Position numbers and translations under genes: made by a program
Source of the DNA: Squalus acanthias
Lineage: Eukaryota
Direction of reading: 5' to 3'
Length of the DNA stretch: 64,000 bases
Assembly: GCA_030390025.1 (NCBI GenBank)
Contig: CM059438.1
Span: 47,864,001-47,928,000, forward strand
Shown here: positions 1-12,072 of the stretch, piece after piece
How the letters are laid out: each line of letters begins with the position of its first letter
How positions within the stretch are numbered: position 1 is the stretch's first letter
Notes under the pieces: model-generated
Seen by the model: only the letters and a program-made list of their open reading frames with translations
Database searches by the model: none
Told to the model about the DNA's origin: nothing

Positions 1-157
1 GTAAGGGCGGCAGAAGGACATTAGTTGGGTTTTTCCAGATTTTTAAAACTCCGATTCTCAAATTGCCACTGTGGGATTTGAACACCAGTTCTCTGTTTTA
101 TTAGTCCTGGCTTTGGGATTCCTAGCCCAGTAACATAAGCACTACACTATCGCACCC
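1..157 (-). mobile_element. tRNA-derived SINE 5' part (family of 11700-12070), truncated by window edge
   Basis: Reverse complement of 1-13 (CTGCCGCCCTTAC) resembles CTGCCATCCTTAC in the SINE at ~11863; B-box-like GTTCAAATCCC on minus at ~73-83. Confidence 0.55.
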
Positions 158-869
158 GTAAATAACACCTTTCAGTACAAAGGTACCAGATTCACTTCAG
201 AATAGAACCTGTTTCAGCTTACAGTGTAAATGGGTCGGTAACCCTAGATGGGTAATTGGCTGTGGAAATTACATTTGTGCAGATGGATTCATTTTTAGAT
301 CACCCCGAATGCCCTCTTTTAAACTGAAGTGAGGATGTAAAGTGCAATTTGTTTTATCTTTGATCTGTGGAGCCTATGAATGGTGTTACCAGAGAAGCTT
401 GTACCATTTAAAGCTTGCTGAGAGTCACCTCAGGGTACTCATCAACTGTGTGAGAGCATTCATATCGTACTCTACTGTAGACTATACTGTAGCTCTTACA
501 TAATGGGAATCAAGTGGGTCTTAAGATCATGATAAGTACAATAAAAAACATCTATATGTAACTAACGCCTTCAGAGCTGTTTTATGTTCTCCAAAATTAC
601 ACGTACATCCTTTTTTTATTTAACAGCTAGTAATACAATCTATAACGCAAGTGCTTTGTAATATGCAGGGACTGCTCAAAATGCTTTAATGATTATCTGT
701 TGATATCTGTATTTCTGTTTTACTTACCCCAGTGCTTGCTGCCTTTGTTAAGGACTCATTCACACAGGCACCATTCTCCTTCCCTTCAGAACTGCAAATC
801 CCCATTATATCTGGCCTCTCCTCAAAAAACCCACACTCAACCCCTCCGCCTTCTCCAACTGCTGTCTGT

Positions 870-2300
870 GTTTAACCTCCTTTTCCTCTAAGATCCTTGA
901 ACAAATCTTCACCGTCCAGCTCCTCACTCCCCTCTATCTCAATCCCCTGGTCGAATCCCTTCAGTCTGGCTTTTGCCCCACTCGCAATATCGAGAGGCTC
1001 ACCATTAAAGTCAACAACAACACCCTTGTGACTGAGACTGCAGCACATTATCCTTCCTTGTTCTCCTTAGCTTGCCCACAGCTTTCAGCGCAATTAGCTG
1101 CTCCATTGTCCCCGCCATCTCTCCACTATGGTCCACCTCCTTGGTGCTGTCCTCACACGTTTCCACCCCATCCTGTCTCAATGTTTCCCACAGTGGTCTT
1201 CTGCTCTCATCCCAGAACAGTCAACATTCAGAATGTTGTGGGTTCAAGTCCCACTCCAGACACTTGAGCACAAAAATCTAGGCTGACACTCCAGTGCAGT
1301 GTTGAGGGAGTGCTGCACTGTCTGAGGTGCTGTCTTTTGGATGAGACGTTAAACTGAGGTCCCGTCTGTCCCCTCAGGTGGACGTAAAAGATCCAATGGC
1401 ACTATTTCGAAGAAGAGCAGGGGAGTTATCCCCGGTGTCCTAGCCAATATTTATCCCTCAACCAACATCACTAAAAAAACAGATTATCTGGTCATTATCA
1501 CATTGCTGTTTGTGGGAGCTTGCTGTGCGCAAATTGGCTGCTGCGTTTCCTACATTACAACAGTGATTACACTCCAAAAAAAAAAGTACTTAATTGGCTG
1601 TAAAGCGCTTTGGGACGTCTGGCGGTCATAATAGGTGCTATATAAATGCAAGTCTTGATGACACGCAGATCTATCTCTCCACCATTACCCTCAGCTCCAC
1701 TATTGCCTCTGTGTTGTCATTTATCAGTTTGTGGATGAACCAGGACTTTTTCCCGAGTGGACTGAAGCCATCGTATTTGTCCCCTATCAAAAACTCTGCC
1801 CCTGACTCCATTCCTCGCTGGCTGCTTATCCAGGCTGAACCAGACATGGCTCAGCATCAGTATCCTGTTCGAACCCGAGTTGAGCGTCAAACCCTGTACC
1901 TTTCCATTACCAAATCTGCTTAATTGTACCCCAGCAACATCACCCAACTCTGTCTTTACCTCGCACCCTCCACTACCGCCGACACCCTTCACCCTACTTT
2001 CGTTACCTCCAGACTTGGCTTCTCTAACATCCGCCTCCCTGATATCCCAAGCTCCACTCCGCACATCTTCCAACTCATCCAAAACTCCGCTGCCTGCAGT
2101 CTGTCCACCAATAGGTCCTTCTAGTCCCATTACCCCATGCCAAACCATCCCCAACTAAATAAGATTTAAACACCTTGTTCTTGTTTACAAATCCACCATG
2201 GCCTTGCTCTACTCAACCTCTGCAAACCCCCCCCCCCCCCACCCCCCCAATCCCAGCCCAATATCTCCGCCCATGCCCGAAGGTCCTCAGATTCCTCAAA
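870..2300 (+). mobile_element. Old, decayed L2-clade LINE RT/3' fragment, interrupted by a SINE at 1228-1656
   Basis: Broken frames give DDTQIYLST (cf. ADDTQLY) and HPTFVTSRLGFSN...FQLIQNSAA (cf. FVTSKLDYSN...LEVIQNSAA at 46340-46744). Confidence 0.7.
1228..1656 (+). mobile_element. Deu-domain SINE (SacSINE1/AmnSINE1-like)
   Basis: B box GGTTCAAGTCC, central GGATGAGACGTTAAACTGAGG, tail GCTATATAAATGCAAGTCTT; many related copies in window. Confidence 0.85.
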
Positions 2301-2532
2301 ATCTTGAACTCCCCTACACTAGACAGTAATGTTTATTAAATACCCCAGGAGTAGCTGGTTTGTAAGTACAGCACATTGTTCCTAAAGCATTTATATCTGA
2401 TAATGTTCTTTTTATATATCGGTCAAAATAGTTCACTAACGTCATCTCTTCTTGAGCTGTGTAAAATAAAACAGTTGGGTTTTTTTCTCCATAATCCTTA
2501 TTTTTTTTTTACACTTATTGTCCTTCCAACAG

Positions 2533-2585
2533 TTAACCTTTGGACTATGTTTCAAGCAGCCCAAAATCTAGGAGGGTATGAAGCG
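2533..2585 (+). CDS. ARID5B: ARID5B internal coding exon (ARID domain part; 53 nt)
   Basis: AG acceptor 2531-2532 after a pyrimidine-rich tract; reads (x)NLWTMFQAAQNLGGYEA, matching the ARID5 domain segment NLWTMFQAAQKLGGYE; GTAAG donor at 2586. Confidence 0.93.
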
Positions 2586-3267
2586 GTAAGTCCAACATTG
2601 CCTCGCTAACCGTTACGCTCTTTAACTTTGCCCCTTTTCAGCCTTGCCATTCAGTGGTTTGTATAAATAAACAGGGGCTATGACAAGTGCTTAGCATGGC
2701 TGTAACCGTTCTGTGTGTGTGTGTTTATAGAATCATTTTTTTTTTTTGCACAGCGGCTAGAGATTAGATCCAGATTTAGAACGGAGCAGATTTATTGTAA
2801 AAAGCTATAAGTGGAAAACACATGTAACAGCTCCTCTGTCAAGGAAAGAAGTGAGCTCTGTAATTTTTTCCCATGTTGCCTCTCAAAGGGGACAATTATA
2901 AAACCAAGCCAAGACTGTAGAATGGAATTTTTACTTGGCTGAATACTTGGCATCTGTTCATTTGTAATATGGGAAAGTATTAATGACTGCAAAGTGAGGC
3001 AGTAATGGTTGTTAAAGAATTGTAAAGGCCATTTGTCAATGGTTTCTTTGACAAGCTAATGTGGAATATTAAAAACCATCAGTATAATGAGGAAAGAAGT
3101 CCACATCTTTATCTGTCTGGTCAGGTCAATATAAGACCAATATGATTGACTTGCAGTCTTGTACATAGCATGGTTAACATTTTTTAGACAAACTGTTAAA
3201 GTACTAATGTAACAGGAAGAAGAAAATATCTGTAAAAATATTGACTCTTAAATACATTAGTCTTGGC

Positions 3268-4015
3268 TGTCAACCATGACTCTCGCCGCTGAGTCCGACG
3301 ATTGTAGGTTCAAGTCCCGTTCCAGAGACATGAGCACAAAATCCAGGCTGGCACTTCAGTGCAGTACTGAGGGAGTGCGGCACAGTTGGAGATGTTGTCT
3401 TTTAGGTGAGACGTTAAACCGAGGCCTCGTCTGCCCTCTCAGGAGGACGTAAGAGTATAGAAGATTAAGGGGTGATCTAATTCAGGTGTTTAAGATGAGT
3501 AAAGGATTTGATAGGGTGGATAGAGAGAAACTATTTCCTCTGGTGGGGGAGTCCAGAAGAAGGAGGCATCACCTTAAAATTTAGAGCTAGGCCGTTCAGT
3601 GGTGATGTCAGGAATCACTTCTTCACACAATGGATAGTGGAAACCTGGAACTCTCTCCCCTAAACAGATGTTGAGGCTGGAGGGTCAATTGAAAATCTCA
3701 AAACTGAGATTGATCGGTTTTTGTTGGGCAAGGGTTACAGGAGCAAGGCGGGTAAAGTTAAGATGCAGATCAGCCATGATCTAATTGAATGGTGGAGCGG
3801 CTGAATGGCCTCCTCCTGTTCCTGTGTTCTTAAAACAATTAACTAGTTTTTCATCTTATTTCCCGTTTCTGGGGCTTTGCTGTGTACAAATTGGCTGCCA
3901 TGTTTGCCTACATAACAAAAGTGAGTGCACTTCAAAAGTCAATGATTGGTTGTGAAGCACTTTGGACATCATGAAGGTGTGATGAGATTCAATATAAATG
4001 CAAATTCTATCTTTT
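3268..4015 (+). mobile_element. Deu-domain SINE split by a CR1 3' fragment
   Basis: SINE head and core to ~3452, CR1 insert, then SINE tail ~3855-4015 (TTGCTGTGTACAAATTGGCTGCC...TATAAATGCAAATTC). Confidence 0.75.
3453..3830 (+). mobile_element. CR1 LINE 3' fragment (HER1-like tail)
   Basis: AGAAGATTAAGGGGTGATCTAAT (RLRGDLI motif) through tail GATCAGCCATGATCTAATTGAATGG...GAATGGCCTCCTCCTGTTCCT. Confidence 0.85.
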
Positions 4016-4310
4016 TATAGTGAGCTCTGCAGATATTACACTTCTCTATCTGAGTGAATTATTATGTTTTAGTTCTATTGGTAGGTATCTAAAAAAGATT
4101 TCTCATCTGTTGGAGTAGGTAACATTTCTGATAACTGAAGGACTTGTGTTATTTTTGGAGAGGCAAATTCCTTACAAATGTTCCTAGAGGGAGATTTTCC
4201 TTAAAGATCACAGGACATGACATCAGCAGAGTGTAAATGCTAGGCTGTTTACATCAGATTCGAGTCAGAAATTTCCATCCTGCGTTATTTTTGGACATGG
4301 TACAATAATG

Positions 4311-4585
4311 CTTTCTCTCTCTTGTGCTCCCTCGCACTCTTTTCCACTATCTATCTCTCTCTCTCTCTCTCTCTCTCCCCTCTTTCTCTGTGTCTTTCTC
4401 TTTCGCTCTGTCTTTCTCTAGCTCTCTCAACCACTCTTTCTCATCTCACTCCTTCTCACTCTTTTTCCGTTTCTCTCGGTCTCTCTCCTCACTGCCACTC
4501 TCACGCTCTTTCTCTTTCTCTCTGCCTCTCCTGCTCACTCTCCCAACCCCCTCTCTCTCTGTTTGTCTGTCTGTCTCTGCACTTC
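4311..4585. repeat. Degenerate (CT)n / polypyrimidine microsatellite
   Basis: Visible CT-rich tract; source of the SL-rich ORFs at 4322 and 4324. Confidence 0.9.
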
Positions 4586-6275
4586 TCAAAATGTTAATCT
4601 GATAGTGAATAGAATGTCACAATCTAAGTAGTTTTAGCTTCAGGCTCATTTATAAATATATTTAGCAACAGTATTGTACACAAGGAAAATTATGTTTGCT
4701 TTGTGCGCAACCAGTCAAGAATTTGTAATGTGTGAATTCATACACATTAATATACCACCAGTTTATTAACAATCTAAAAACCTACTTCATAATTGAATTC
4801 TAAATATTATTTACAGAAAGTAGAAAACATAATTGCAGGCGAACAGATGCAAGAAGCAGCATTGTTTCTGAAAACACACTCTTTTGTATATTTTAATAAT
4901 AGCAGTCCCTGTCGCCTAGGTTTCCATTACAGCTTTTAGTAATGAAATTCCATTGAAGATTGCACTGTGCAAAAGCCCATTTTCTCAACATGATACACTG
5001 TTCTCATACAGGGCTTTTATGCAAATCAGGCAGCAGTGGAGCTGGGTTTCCCCTTTGTGTGAGCCCTTTTGAATATGTAACTCAAGTGTACAGTAGTTGT
5101 GTCTTGCAAAAATGAAATGAGTACATTAACTAGCAACAGTGTGCAGTGTAACTGCAAATCAAGGCGAGACAAACTGAAATATAAAGAGAATGCTTTGTAA
5201 CAGAATCCCGACACTGTACAACACTGAACAGAAAACCAATGCACTCTTAGTCATTTCAGTCGTTCTTACATTACTGAAGCTTGCACACGATTCACGGCGT
5301 GTTCCCACTCCAGGTGTACGATTGGTGCAGAGCAGCTGTGGCTCCGCACCCACGTTAAGCGAGTGTTGTGTGAATCGGGTATCGATGCCCGAAGTGAAGC
5401 ACGTTGAGCCGCTCCCTCCACCAGGGAGACTTGCGTCACTTTCTTCCGGTGTCCGCTCAGGCTCTGACGCCAGAGTCAGGCTGTGAACAAAACTGCTTCA
5501 CGCCGACACCACCGTCATTCGAGTGTAAATGGGAGCCTTTGTCACCTTCGCTGCTTGAGGGGCTAAACCGGCAAATCTCCCCTCCTACCCCAAACCATGA
5601 TAGAACCTGCCCAAATTTCATTTCTGTTGAAATCAGTGCCAATGGAAACGCAGGCGGGTTCTATGTCGGGCACGTACAGTCCAAACACTGAAACTTTTGT
5701 TCGGCCTTGGTTTGCGAATGTTTCCAGACACACTGGTGCAAGTCAGGCGCTGCCGCAGATGGTGTGCAGTGAGAGACGAGGTGGAAAGGATTCACATGCC
5801 TGTTCCGTTCATGGGGATAACGTTTCGTGTCGTCAATTTTTTCACGCCAGTCGGGTGATCATATGGAGCGGAATTGTACACTTTTTGTGATCGCTTCAGT
5901 TTTAAACCAGCTGCCAGCAGCCCAGGCGATGGCTCCCTGAGCTTGGCCATGTGGCCGGAGGTGGGTGGTGAGCAGTGGCCCACCGCGAGAGAAGGGTAAC
6001 CCGGACTTGCTCACGCCTGCCCCCCTCGTGGCCATTCATGCAGGGAGCAGCGTCAGCACAGGCACGGAAACAAGTTGCCCTCAACACGGGGATGGTGCAG
6101 GGAATAGGAGAAGCGGGAACGGAGGGGAAAATAGATTTTAGAAATCAAAGATTGAATAGAACTGGGGAAAAAAATACATTCTTTTGGAATAAACAGATTT
6201 TTTACAGGCGTGTTGAATCCCTGTTTTGCTCCCTTGATTCAGGGCTTTTGGGATAGTCCAGATTGCTGGTTTTTA

Positions 6276-6378
6276 GAAAGAAAGAAAGACTTGCATTTAT
6301 ATAGTGCCTTTTGCGACCACTGGTCGTCTCAAAGCGCTTTACAGCCAATGAAGTACTTTTAAAGTGGAGTCACTGTTA
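6276..6378 (-). mobile_element. Deu-domain SINE 3' tail
   Basis: (GAAA)n GACTTGCATTTATATAGTGCC... is the reverse complement of the family tail. Confidence 0.8.
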
Positions 6379-6774
6379 ATGTTTTACATGACTCCTGTCA
6401 GTGCACTCCTAGTTGGTGAGCAGGAGATGGGCTTGGAGTGGGGAGAAGAGGATCCCGCTGTTTCCTGTAATATCCAGCGAGGGCATTATATGGGCTAGCA
6501 CGCCTGGAAACTGGCAAAATGCCCCCAAAGTGGGCGGTGGCGTTCAAATGATAGTGGAGGTTGGGATTGAACCTCAAGAACCCCTGGATTATTCCATACG
6601 TGTCCTACTGAGTCTGCACCTAATGCAGGATTTTAAAAAACAATGTTCTGGGTAAATCGGGTGTCTGTGCGTTACATCAGGGATGGTTCCTCACGCACTG
6701 GTTACGCTGTCCAGGGATAGAAGTGTAAATCTCAGGCTACCAACTAACGGCAGCTTTCACTGTGATTGTGACAG

Positions 6775-6872
6775 ATAACCGCACGTCGACAGTGGAAGCA
6801 GATTTACGATGAATTAGGCGGCAACCCTGGAAGCACCAGTGCAGCGACGTGTACTCGCAGACATTACGAGAG
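6775..6872 (+). CDS. ARID5B: ARID5B internal coding exon (ARID domain part; 98 nt)
   Basis: CAG acceptor ending 6774; translates ITARRQWKQIYDELGGNPGSTSAATCTRRHYE(R), the diagnostic ARID5 segment; GTAAG donor at 6873; phase 0 in, phase 2 out. Not shown in the ORF track. Confidence 0.96.
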
Positions 6873-7048
6873 GTAAGAAGCTGATCATTGGGGTGGAAAT
6901 GCACTCCCTCGCAGGCCTTGGTGTTCGGGACTCTCCACGCCGATATTTGTAGAGTCATCGTGGATTTCAGAAATACTCCAGCATCAAATTTGAAAAGATT
7001 TCTATTTTGTTACCTTCACGGTGGGATTGCTTCAATCGGGAAACCACC

Positions 7049-9560
7049 GGGGGAGACTTGCAATTTGCCGCTGGGAATTAACTGGTTATAGAAACCGCTT
7101 GATTTTTATTTCCACAGATTTCAATGACATTCAGGCGGTTTCTATAACGGGCGACTGATCAGCGGCGCTAGTTAACCCCGGGCATCTGATCAGCGGCGCT
7201 AGTTAACCCCGGGCATCTGATCAGCGGCGCTAGTTAACCCCGGGCATCTGATCAGCGGCGCTAGTTAACCCCGGGCATCTGATCAGCGGCGCTAGTTAAC
7301 CCCGGGCATCTGATCAGCGGCGCTAGTTAACCCCGGGTATCTGATCAACGGCGCTAGTTAATCCTAGGCGTCTAATCCGTGGTGCTAATTAACCCCGGGC
7401 ATCTGATCAGCAGCACTAGTTAACCCCGGGCATCTGATCAGAAGCACTAGTTAATCCCGGGCATCTGATCCATGGCGCAAATTAATCCCGGGCGTCTGAT
7501 CGGCAGCGCTAGTTAATCCCAGGCGACTGATCGGCAGCGCTAGTTAATCCCGGGCGTCTCGTCGACAGCACTAGTTAATCCCAGGCGACTGATCGGCAGC
7601 GCTAGTTAATCCCGGGTGTCTGACCGGCAGCGCTAGTTAATCCTGCGTGTCTGACCGGCAGCGCTAGTTAATCCCGGGCGTCTCGTCGACAGCGCTAGTT
7701 AATCCCGGGCGTCTCGTCGACAGCGCTAGTTAATACCAGGTGACTGATCGGCAGCACTAGTTAATCCCAGGCGACTGATCGGCAGCGCTAGTTAATCCCG
7801 GGTGTCTGACCGGCAGCGCTAGTTAATCCTGGGTGTCTGACCGGCAGCGCTAGTTAATCCCGGGCGTCTCGTCGACAGCGCTAGTTAATACCAGGTGACT
7901 GATCGGCAGCACTAGTTAATCCCAGGCGACTGATCGGCAGCGCTAGTTAATCCCGGGTGTCTGACCGGCAGCGCTAGTTAATCCCGGGTGTCTGACCGGC
8001 AGCGCTAGTTAATCCTGGGTGTCCGACCGGCAGCGCTAGTTAATCCCGGGCATCTCGTCGACAGCGCTAGTTAATCCCGGGCGTCTCGTCGACAGCGCTA
8101 GTTAATACCAGGTGACTGATCGGCAGCACTAGTTAATCCCGGGTGTCTGATCGGCAGCGCTAGTTAATCCCGGGTGTCTGATCAGCAGCGCTAGTTAATC
8201 CTGGGTGACTGATCGGCAGTGCTAGTTAATCTCGGGTGTCTGATCGGTAGCGCTAGTTAATCCCGGGCGTCTCATCGACAGTGCTAGTTAATCCCAGGTG
8301 ACTGATCGGCAGCACTAGTTAATCCCAGGCGACTGATCGGCAGCGCTAGTTAATCCCGGTGTCTGACCGGCAGCGCTAGTTAATCCCGGGTGTCTGACCG
8401 GCAGCGCTAGTTAATCCTGGGTGTCTGACCGGCAGCGCTAGTTAATCCCGGGCGTCTCGTCGACAGCGCTAGTTAATCCCGGGCGTCTCGTCGACAGCGC
8501 TAGTTAATACCAGGTGACTGATCGGCAGCACTAGTTAATCCCGGGTGTCTGATCGGCAGCGCTAGTTAATCCCGGGTGTCTGATCAGCAGCGCTAGTTAA
8601 TCCTGGGTGACTGATCGGCAGTGCTAGTTAATCTCGGGTGTCTGATCGGTAGCGCTAGTTAATCCCGGGCGTCTCATCGACAGTGCTAGTTAATCCCAGG
8701 TGACTGATCGGCAGCACTAGTTAATCCCAGGCGACTGATCGGCAGCGCTAGTTAATCCCGGGTGTCTGACCGGCAGCGCTAGTTAATCCCGGGTGTCTGA
8801 CCGGCAGCGCTAGTTAATCCTGGGTGTCTGACCGGCAGCGCTAGTTAATCCCGGGCGTCTCGTCGACAGCGCTAGTTAATCCCGGGCGTCTCGTCGACAG
8901 CGCTAGTTAATACCAGGTGTCTGATCGGCAGCACTAGTTAATCCCGGGTGTCTGATCGGCAGCGCTAGTTAATCCCGGGTGTCTGATCAGCAGCGCTAGT
9001 TAATCCTGGGTGACTGATCGGCAGTGCTAGTTAATCTCGGGTGTCTGATCGGTAGCGCTAGTTAATCCCGGGCGTCTCATCGACAGTGCTAGTTAATCCC
9101 AGGTGACTGATCGGCAGCACTAGTTAATCCCAGGCGACTGATCGGCAGCGCTAGTTAATCCCGGGTGTCTGACCGGCAGCGCTAGTTAATCCCGGGTGTC
9201 TGACCGGCAGCGCTAGTTAATCCTGGGTGTCTGACCGGCAGCGCTAGTTAATCCCGGGCGTCTCGTCGACAGCGCTAGTTAATCCCGGGCGTCTCGTCGA
9301 CAGCGCTAGTTAATACCAGGTGTCTGATCGGCAGCACTAGTTAATCCCGGGTGTCTGATCGGCAGCGCTAGTTAATCCCGGGTGTCTGATCAGCAGCGCT
9401 AGTTAATCCTGGGTGACTGATCGGCAGTGCTAGTTAATCCCGGGTGTCTGATCGGTAGCGCTAGTTAATCCCGGGCGTCTCATCGACAGTGCTAGTTAAT
9501 CCCAGGTGACTGATCGGCAGCGCTAGTTAATCCCGGGTGGCAAATTGAAAGTCTACTCCC
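7049..9560. mobile_element. Fold-back (palindromic, MITE-like) element hosting the 31-bp satellite
   Basis: Left end GGGGGAGACTTGCAATTTGCCGCTGGGAATTAACTGG (7049-7085) vs reverse complement of right end GGGAGTAGACTTTCAATTTGCCACCCGGGATTAACTAG (9523-9560); inner inverted pair 7086-7102 / 7131-7147. Confidence 0.7.
7149..9538. repeat. 31-bp tandem satellite (~77 units) with 403-bp (13-mer) higher-order repeat
   Basis: Unit GCTAGTTAATCCCGGGTGTCTGATCGGCAGC; variant AATCTCGGG recurs with its CTCGGG at 8231, 8633 and 9036 (spacing 402, 403). Confidence 0.97.
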
Positions 9561-11699
9561 ATTATGTTCTTTGAAAGCTTTGTGCAACACCAATCATTCT
9601 GAGTGCATCTTCGGTGTTCGATACAAGCCCGAGTTAACATCAGCTACCTCTGATTGTATTAAAAGGGATTTCATTACTGTGTTTCTTTCTGGTGAGCTGC
9701 AGTCACGTCAGACATGAAGACAAGCAGCTCCTAGTTGAAGCTGATAGATTGGCCTGATTTAGTGATTTCCCCCCCCCCCCCCCCCCCCCCCCCAGAAAAG
9801 CAGCGACTAAATATGTGGAAGCTACTGATTCAGGCTTTGCTACGGCACTTTAAAATGATTAAGTGGGGGCAGTGCATTGTCGGGCTGAATTGCGCTCAGT
9901 TTCAGAACCTGCACAGAGCACAATGTTTATTTTCAAGTGGATTATTTTGCATTCTCTGCAGAATAAATTCATTTGATTTTTCTTTCTTGTGATGTGGTCT
10001 CAGATGCTGGATGGAAGCTTTTATTTTAAGCAAAGCAGGAATAATTTAATGCTGATGATTTCACTAATGTCCCTCAGGCTTTAACTGGTCCAAGCCTGCC
10101 TCTAGTTTGTTTTAATTCAAATCAGCTCAGATATTTTATAAGCAAATGTCTTAGTCAGCCTTAATTCGCTCAAAAACTATCCATCACTGTCAGAATTTAA
10201 TACAAATTACCAGTCACTTGGCTAAAGTTCTTCACTGCTCCAAATTTAATTAGCTGGATTACTGATGATTAACTGTAAAATCAGTGTTGATGCAGTTCTC
10301 TCTGTGAGGCTCTGCTAAGAGTGTGTTTAAAGTTAATTTTATTCAGGCCTATAATTAGGTTGTAAACATGGATCTGTTTATGAGTTAATTTAAAAGACAC
10401 AGACAGTATCTGCAAACTATTCAAGGGATCTGTAATCAGCAAGTGGACTGTGAAGTTCAGCAGGATAAAAAAAAAATCTCCTTTTATTTAGAACATTAAG
10501 AGAACCGTCAGAGTACGAGGATTTCTTGCTGCGCACCGTGTCTTAAAATTGAAGACGGGATAATTCTCCCCGCATGTCTAGGAGCTGGCGCATTCTTCCC
10601 CTGTGTTGGCCAGCCGAGCTATCCGCCCGTCTGAGCAATACAACGGGGTAGGTTTTCAACTTGCTGCTGAGCCTAAAACATTTGGTAGTGTATCGGAGAA
10701 TTAAACTGTAAGATTATGTGGCCATCTCCTAGTAGTAAGATAGAACCTGCCTCAGATAGTCATTAGAACAGGCCATAACAGGCTAAAAGGAGCTTTTTCA
10801 ATGAACAAGATCTGTTATTATATTAAAACAGGAGTGAACCTTCCTGACTGGTAGACAGTTGTGTGCTTCACTGCCAATTAGTAATGTAAGATCTGAACTT
10901 ATAAAAATACATACAAGTTGCAACATAGAAATGAGCCATTAGGCCCAACTATCCCTGGTAAAACAAGGCCAGGTACGATTTGTTAAATGGTTTTATTTTG
11001 CAGACAGCAAGTGAATGTACAGAACAACTGCTCTGCTTTGCTTGTACTCACTTAATTCAATCAGTCTAACTTGTCTTCATGTAATAATACAGAACAATGA
11101 ACACGTTACATTTCCCCACATCATTGGGTCGTCTTACTTGACTGAAACAAAATAGCCTCTAACTACCTTCCTCATTCTAACCTCCTGAGCCTGGGAGAAA
11201 GCCTGCAGTAGTAGCTTTCTGGTGGTCAGTGTGTGTTCCTGCCCCTGTTTTATATCCCTGTGCCTACAACCTGAGGAGAAGACCAATATCAGATAGCCCT
11301 CGCCGAGTTCCTGGGGCAATGGGGGGAGGTGAGGTGTTTACCACATCGAATTTACTGCACAGAAACAGGCCATTCGGCCCAACCAGTCCATGCTGGTGTT
11401 TATGCTCCACTCGAGTTTATCAGTTACTGAGACAGGCTGGTGAATTGCATATTATTTATAGCCTTTAGGGAAACAGCTTCAGGGTCTAGCTCATCAGCAT
11501 TTTAACCAACTTTAGTCTTCTCAGTGCCTTTTCAAAAAAAGCGTGAATAAACTTTGTTTTAAAACACAACCCAGAAATGTAACTCTTCCCCCCCCCCCCC
11601 CCCCCCCCCCACCCCCCCACCCAAAGAAACCTTTCTGTGGAAAAATGGTCAAAGAATCCCTAAATGTGACCGATGGATATTTACATTTTGAAATGATGA

Positions 11700-12072
11700 G
11701 TACTAGCAGCCGAGAGGTCGTGAGCACAAACCCCACTACGACAAGCCACAAAGCTGAATTGAATAAATCTGGTGTTTTGAGCGCTGGCAGTCGGAATAAT
11801 GGTCTTGTGTGGATTGTCGCAAGAACCCAATTGGTTCGTTAATGTCCTTCAGGGAAGAGAACCTGCCATCCTTACCCGGTCTGGCCTACAAGTGACTCCA
11901 GTTCGCCGCTATGTAGTTAACTCTTAATGCCCTTTTGAGGTATCCTATCCAGTCACTCGTTTGTAAAACAACCGCCACCATTTCTCAAGGGCAACTAGGG
12001 ATGGGCAATAAATGCCGGCCTTGCCAGCGATGCCCACATCCCGAGAACGCATTTAAAAATAAATAAATAAAT
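11700..12072 (+). mobile_element. SINE sharing its 3' tail with the LINE at 60944-61710
   Basis: Tail GGGATGGGCAATAAATGCCGGCCTTGCCAGCGATGCCCACATCCC then (AAAT)n; same tail on minus at ~60963-61007. Confidence 0.75.

Noticed and set aside
1-6. GTAAGG at the window start as the donor of the preceding ARID5B exon
   Set aside because: It is better explained as the reverse complement of the SINE word CCTTAC; no exon is visible.
7149-9538. CRISPR-like array (31-bp partly palindromic repeats)
   Set aside because: Units are directly adjacent with no unique spacers, no cas genes are present, and the context is a vertebrate intron.
9767-9793. Long poly-C/poly-G runs (also ~11588, ~17355, ~18892, ~22797, ~53546) giving poly-Pro or poly-Gly ORFs
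   Set aside because: Simple homopolymers whose lengths are unreliable in assemblies; no evidence of function.
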